A stretch of 58,056 nt of DNA, the filler included, from an uncultured virus (IMG/VR IMGVR_UViG_2049941000_000247) (Duplodnaviria; Heunggongvirae; Uroviricota; Caudoviricetes). It is 7 parts of one record of this genome, joined end to end, with 100 filler letters (N's around TTAATTAATTAA, not from the genome) between each part and the next. Parts side by side here need not be neighbours in the genome. Positions count along the whole stretch, not along the records: positions 38,196 to 57,751 come from IMGVR_UViG_2049941000_000247; positions 57,852 to 58,056 come from IMGVR_UViG_2049941000_000247; 5 more parts are not named here. The stretch is one strand, 5' to 3'. Below are positions 52,534-58,056 of this stretch, in pieces. Made by a program: the position numbers and the translations under genes. The notes beneath the pieces were generated by a model that was given only the letters and a program-made list of their open reading frames with translations, was not told where the DNA came from and searched no databases. Within the stretch, counting starts at the first letter, position 1. Each line of letters starts with the position of its first letter.

Positions 52534-53244
52534 ATGGCATCAAAGAGAAAACCGCAGACGGAATCTCACGAATCTCCGCCTGAGCGGATCACGTCTGAAA
52601 ACTTCTACGGCATCACGCTGGACGAAGAACAGGAGGCTTTCGCAAACGCCATCTGGGACAAAAACATCGACATCATTTTCTGCAACTCAAAGGCCGGAAC
52701 GGGCAAGACGACCATTGCAGCGGGCATCGCCAACCTGCTTGTGCAGTACGGGTTTTTTGAAAGCATCGTCTATATCATGTCCCCGTACGGAGAGCGCAAG
52801 CAGGGCTGGCTCCCCGGCACGATCACGGAAAAGTCATCTGTATACTTTGAGGCTTTTTATCAGGCGCTCGTCAACTGCAACGTGAATCCAAATGTGTCGA
52901 TCAATACGGAGAGCATGATCAACCAGAAAAACGGCACAGGGTACATCACATGCATCACGGATACATTCCTGCGCGGGACGAACCTTACGGACTCCGTAGT
53001 GATCATCGACGAAGCGCAGAACTATACACTGCCGCAGCTCAAAAAGGTGCTGACAAGGATCGGCGACGACACAAAGGTCATCGTGATCGGCCACGATCTC
53101 CAGTGCGACCTGGACAGCAAAACGCAGAGCGGCTTTACAAAGTACATCGAACACTTCTCAGGGTGCGACCGCACGGCGATCTGCACGCTGACACAGAATC
53201 ATCGCGGGTGGATCAGCCGCCACGCGGACGCGCTGGAGGAGTGA
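52534..53244 (+). CDS. phoH: PhoH-family ATPase
   Basis: KAGTGKT, GWLPG, FLRG, IIDEAQN, LTRIG, GHDLQCD. Confidence 0.92.
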   Translation: MASKRKPQTESHESPPERITSENFYGITLDEEQEAFANAIWDKNIDIIFCNSKAGTGKTTIAAGIANLLVQYGFFESIVYIMSPYGERKQGWLPGTITEKSSVYFEAFYQALVNCNVNPNVSINTESMINQKNGTGYITCITDTFLRGTNLTDSVVIIDEAQNYTLPQLKKVLTRIGDDTKVIVIGHDLQCDLDSKTQSGFTKYIEHFSGCDRTAICTLTQNHRGWISRHADALEE

Positions 53245-53576
53245 TCGTGATGATACATTCTATTTATAAGGGAGGAGCGCAATGACAGGTACGTTCAAAG
53301 ATTACATACGTGAAACCTGCGACAAAGACATCGACACGATGACGGTCGAGGAATGGNNNNNNNNNNTAAAAGGGGTGACCAGTATAGAAAAGCAAACGAT
53401 CACGATCGGCTATGTCACATACGAGGTGGAACGCGAACGCGTCTGCGATCAAAATGTATGCGATATAATGCTCAGGAGAATCAAGCGCGTATGTGATAAG
53501 AACGCGGCCTTTGACAAGAAGTGCCATGAAGCGGTATAATACGGACAGCGGGTCGGCTTGCCGGAAGGAGGATAAG

Positions 53577-54473
53577 TTGAAAGCCGACAATCTGATGCTT
53601 GGTTTCGGATACTTCCGCCTGTCGCGCGAAGAGGCAAAAGGCGGAGAATCGGGCAGCATCAACAACCAACGCATGATCGTCAGGAAATACTGCGAACAGA
53701 ACGGCATCAATCTGATACGCGAGTTTGCGGACGACGGTTGGTCAGGCAGTAATTTTGACAGACCTGGTTTTCAGGAAATGATGAGACAGCTTGAACAGGG
53801 GAAAGCAAACATCGTCCTGACAAAAGACCTGTCGCGTCTCGGTAGGGACATGCGGGAAGCGAGCTACTACGCAGAGCAGTTCTTCCCTGAACACTGCATC
53901 CGTTATATAGCGATCAACGACAACTTTGATACGGAGCGCGAGAACATCATGGCGCCGTTTCAGTTTGCCATGAACGAGGTGTACCTGCGCGACGGCTCCA
54001 GAAAAGTGAAGGAAGTGCTCCGTAGTAAACGCGAAAGCGGCCAGTATTGCGCGTGTCCGCCGTATGGATATATAAAAGACCCATCAGACAAAACAAGACT
54101 TCTGCCTGACGAACTGACAGCTCCGGTCGTGCAGCGTATCTTTGCGCGGGCAGCGGCAGGAGAGTCATCCAGAAAGATCTCGTCCGGCCTGAATGAGGAC
54201 GGTGTGATCCCGCCTTTGAAATACCGCGTCATGTACAGAGACAAGTTCAGTGACAGCGGTGCGTCGCGAGCGTCCGATATGTGGAATGCCACCACCGTTA
54301 AGCGAATACTCAAGAACAGGGTGTATCTCGGGCACACGCTTTTAGGGAAAAGCCGCAAAGTCAGTGTCAAATCACACAAGAAGGTATCCGTTCCAAAGGA
54401 TTCGTGGGCGGTTACGGAAAACACGCATCCCCCGCTCGTTTCTCAGGATACTTTTGACGCGGCTCAGTACAAT
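53577..54473 (+). CDS. Large serine recombinase (3' lost in gap)
   Basis: YFRLS, SINNQ, DDGWSG, RPGF, KDLSRLGR, PYGY, N.VYLG, HPPLVS. Confidence 0.93.
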
Positions 54474-54483
54474 NNNNNNNNNN

Positions 54484-55421
54484 TCCATCATAAGGACGGC
54501 GACACCTTAAACAATACCATAGATAACCTAGAAGTGCTCGAACACGGAGAGCACTCGGCAATCAGCAATGCTGGAAGAGCTATTCCGGTAGAGAGAGATA
54601 GACTCGGCAGATATGCAGAAAAGCGGGTCAAAAAAAAGAAGGATTCTTTGAATTTGGGATGCGGAGTAGGGACAAATTGGTTCGTTGACTATATCGTATG
54701 CAACGACACAACATACGATGTATACGATATGACCGTTCCGGACGTACATAATTTCATCGCCAATCGTATGGTCGTTCATAACTGCGGCGAGGAACCATTA
54801 CCTGACTCCGGAAGCTGCCTTCTTGGCTCCCTCAACCTCTCAGCATTCGTCCGGTTTGATTCATACGGCAATCCCCATTTTGATATCAATCGTTTCGTTG
54901 AATGCACCCATATCGCAGTAGACGCTCTGAACGGCGTGCAGGAGCAGGNNNNNNNNNNCGCAGAGCCCGGAATCCTTTTTTGGGACAGGATCGAAGGGTA
55001 CAATCTCCAGTCTGAGAATCCGGACTTCAAATACGCCGGTGTAAATCCGTGCGTGACAGGAGAGACTTTGATCAGTACAACGAAAGGCGACATCCAGATC
55101 AAAGACCTCGTTGGCAAAACACCAGATGTCTACTGTATGGATGAAGACGGAAACCTTACGATCAAAAAAGCATCCAGGGTATGGCTTACGAGAAGGAACG
55201 CAAGCGTCGTTACCATCTACACGCATCGCGGCTCATTGAAGTGTACGCCGGATCACCTGATACATACAAGAAATCGAGGATGGGTACAAGCTCAGGACTT
55301 GAAGAAAGGTGACAGAATTACCGGCCTGAACAGGCAGATGAAGGATGAAATCCATGTCGCTGTGGGACTTACTGGAGGGTGTTATAAACCAGAGCACAGA
55401 TTGGTCGCCGGTTATTACTAT
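54484..55421 (+). mobile_element. Intein with HNH endonuclease in nrdJ (N-half 55050-55421, C-half 54484-54782, swapped by scaffolding)
   Basis: [46 protein letters not shown]. Confidence 0.85.
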
Positions 55422-56751
55422 GNNNNNNNNNNCACCCGCTTGAGTCCCAGCGCCAGTGCGCGTCCGAATGGCGTCAGATCGGACTCGGTATCATGGGTCT
55501 TGCAGACATGCTCATCAAGATGCGTCTGCGATATGGCAGCAAAGAATCAATCGAGATATGCGATGGGATAGGCGCCGCGCTTGCTCATAGCGCAATCATC
55601 GAGAGTGCGTCTCTCGCAGGAGATGGATGGGGCAGGTATCCTGCATGGTCTGACAAGGTTCTTGATTCGCGGTTTTTCAAAAACCACGCGCCGTATGAGG
55701 AACTTGAGAACATCAGGGAGACCGGTCTTGCGAACAGCCAGCTTCTGACGATCGCCCCAACGGGAACGCTCTCGACCATGCTTGGAATATCCGGCGGTAT
55801 CGAGCCGATATTTGCCAACTCTTATACCAGAACGACCAAAACGCTCCACGGCGACAAGGACGTAGTATATAAGGTATACACGCCGATCGTCAGAGAATAT
55901 ATGGAATCACATGGTTTAAGCGATGAATCCGAGCTTCCAGACTACTTTGTGACCGCGCCCGACATTCCGGTTGACGACCGTATCAGTATGCAGGCCGTAT
56001 GGCAGTCGCATATCGACGCAAGCATTTCGAGTACGGTCAATCTTCCTAACGAAGCGACTGTAGAGGATGTGGAGCGCATCTATATGGAGGCGTGGGAACA
56101 GGGTCTGAAAGGTATTACCATTTACAGGGCCGGATGCGCCCGAGAAGGCATCCTGAACGCGGATGGCGAGAAACCTAAAGAGAAGGAAGAGCCGCAGGCA
56201 GAGNNNNNNNNNNGTATAAGCCGGTAAAAAATATCGGCCTTGAGCGGCATTTGACGACCGGCTGCGGGTCACTCCACATCTGTGCCTACTTCGATGAAAA
56301 CGGAGAACTGAGGAATACATATCTGTCCAAAGGCAGTACGGGTGGCTGCAACAACTTCATGATCGGGCTTTCAAGGATGATCAGCCTGTCCGCGAGAAAC
56401 GGCGTCGGGATCGAAGCGATTGTAGACCAGCTCAATAGCTGCGGCTCATGCCCAAGCTACGCCGTAAGACGCGCTACAAAGCACGACACGTCTGTCGGCT
56501 CATGCTGTCCCGTAGCGATCGGGAACGCTCTGATGGATATGTGGAGAGAAGTAAACGAGATCAACACTTCTGTGTGGGAGGCGAACAAGATCGACACCAA
56601 TGTAAACGAAGCCGTAAGCACCCAGGAAGAGGAAACATATAAAAGCTGTTCTGACAGAGGAGCTGGCATCTGCCCGGAATGCGGCGGCGAGTTGAGACAT
56701 GAGATGGGATGCGTTACCTGCATGTCGTGCGGTTATTCCAAGTGCGGATAA
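54484..56751 (+). CDS. nrdJ: Class II (B12-dependent) ribonucleotide reductase, fragments out of order (others at 49006-49171, 57622-57751)
   Basis: [56 protein letters not shown] domain and terminal Zn ribbon. Confidence 0.9.
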
Positions 56752-56761
56752 GGAGAATACT

Positions 56762-56956
56762 ATGCACATGATATTGAATCCGGACCAGTACTACGTCGAG
56801 GAAGTAAAGCACGCGCTGAAGGAGAACAACGGATATTGCCCGTCCGTGCCGCGTTCCAAAGATACGAAATGCAAGTGCAAGGCGTTCAGAGAACAGCTTA
56901 AAAGAGGGGAGCGCGGCGCATGTCTGTGTGGACTGTATATCGCCGTTGATGACTGA
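56762..56956 (+). CDS. Ferredoxin-thioredoxin reductase catalytic-chain-like small protein
   Basis: GYCP...CKC...CLCGLY directly after nrdJ. Confidence 0.7.
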   Translation: MHMILNPDQYYVEEVKHALKENNGYCPSVPRSKDTKCKCKAFREQLKRGERGACLCGLYIAVDD

Positions 56957-57236
56957 GATGACACTGCCGAGTAACAGGCTCACGAAAGAAGAGCAGGAAA
57001 CGATCATCGTTTATAACAATGCAGAGGACAACGCGATCATCTCAACATATGACAGATCTCTGATCAACACCATAGATGCAAAACTTGACGAATTTTCCCC
57101 ATATATATATGTGATTAAAAGAGGCGAAGGGTTCGCCGAGTATAGTTGCCCACATAAGTGGATCAGGCTCAGGTTTCCTCGTATTATTATGGATGAAACT
57201 AGGGTCAAATGGCGAAATCATATAACGTCTATCAAC

Positions 57237-57607
57237 TCGGAGAGAAAGGGTGAGCAGGAATAGAAGAACCAAAGATCACGATCGGGTTCCACTATGTGGA
57301 TCGGTTCGGAAATACATACAACAGCACGACTACCACAGCTTTTTATTCAGGACTCGGTGAGAGCGAGCTGGATGTGATCGGTCGGCAGCTCAATACGTTT
57401 TTGAAGCAGGTCACATATCCAATAAGCGGTGACATCATTATGATGGAGAGTCTGACGGACGAAGAGTATGAAGCCGTCGCAGACTTCCTGTGCGATTACA
57501 GGTGCCGTGATAAGGAAATGAACGAGGTGTTGTGCCGCGAATCTGACGACACGGAAGCTGAAACGGATTCGCCAGAACTCCCCGGCCAGATATCCATGTT
57601 CGATTGA
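57237..57607 (+). CDS. Hypothetical protein ending GQISMFD (start uncertain)
   Basis: Open frame; C-terminal QxSMF resembles a beta-clamp-binding motif. Confidence 0.55.
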
Positions 57608-58056
57608 TACANNNNNNNNNNAAGCTACAGCAACTGCTATGTGATCAGCCCGCCGGAAGACAACCTTGAGTCCATATACAATACGTGCCGCGATATGGCG
57701 CGGACGTATTCCTACGGGGGCGGCGTCGGGATCGATATCTCAAAGCTCGCGNNNNNNNNNNNNNNNNNNNNNNNNNNNNNNNNNNNNNNNNNNNNTTAAT
57801 TAATTAANNNNNNNNNNNNNNNNNNNNNNNNNNNNNNNNNNNNNNNNNNNNGCCCATCAGATAGCTGACGATGTCGAATCCAAAATCATATTCCATATCC
57901 GAACTCATTCCAGATCTCACCCTCTTCGTCATAGAAAAAGACTTTACTGGTGTCCATCTCGATTGCGTCGCTGCCGTTTCCGATCTGTCCGCCGGTCGGC
58001 TTCGTATCACCGGACAGACAGGCAGCATGTCCGACATACAAAGCCTTTTTAACGCC

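Noticed and set aside
53493..55571. 692-aa serine recombinase-HNH-RNR-intein fusion in the ORF track
   Set aside because: Domains change exactly at 10-N gaps; chance in-frame joining of mis-ordered contigs
3859..57807. Six copies of TTAATTAATTAA as a biological repeat
   Set aside because: Always inside N runs; scaffold-joining linker, so adjacency across them is not evidence

Overview
Gapped, partly mis-ordered assembly of a large tailed phage or prophage, probably of a Bacillota/Clostridia-type host (sigmaA-type promoters, GGAGG ribosome-binding sites). It comprises at least 7 scaffolds joined by N-TTAATTAATTAA-N linkers, with many short internal N gaps. Content: tail genes (1-3.8 kb); an accessory operon with a ubiquitin-like conjugation set (Ubl, E2-like, JAB, E1/ThiF); a retron-like reverse transcriptase; tRNAs and aberrant tRNA-like RNAs; an intein-split RNA ligase; many small orphan genes; a lysogeny module (CI-like repressor, MazF, MrpR-like protein, serine recombinase); and a replication/nucleotide module (ERF, SSB, nuclease, DnaB, DnaG, DnaE, ThyA, dNMP kinase, ClpP, PhoH, class II RNR with an HNH intein). 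The strongest candidate for a new system is one retron-like RT (10823-12014) with at least three separate 315-350 nt retron-like ncRNA cassettes: upstream, immediately downstream, and 2.4 kb downstream. They share a covarying msr-like hairpin and terminal inverted repeats but carry unrelated, hairpin-rich msd-like cargo, and no recognisable retron toxin effector lies next to them. All calls are by-eye motif recognition; no database search or folding program was run, so novelty is unverified.
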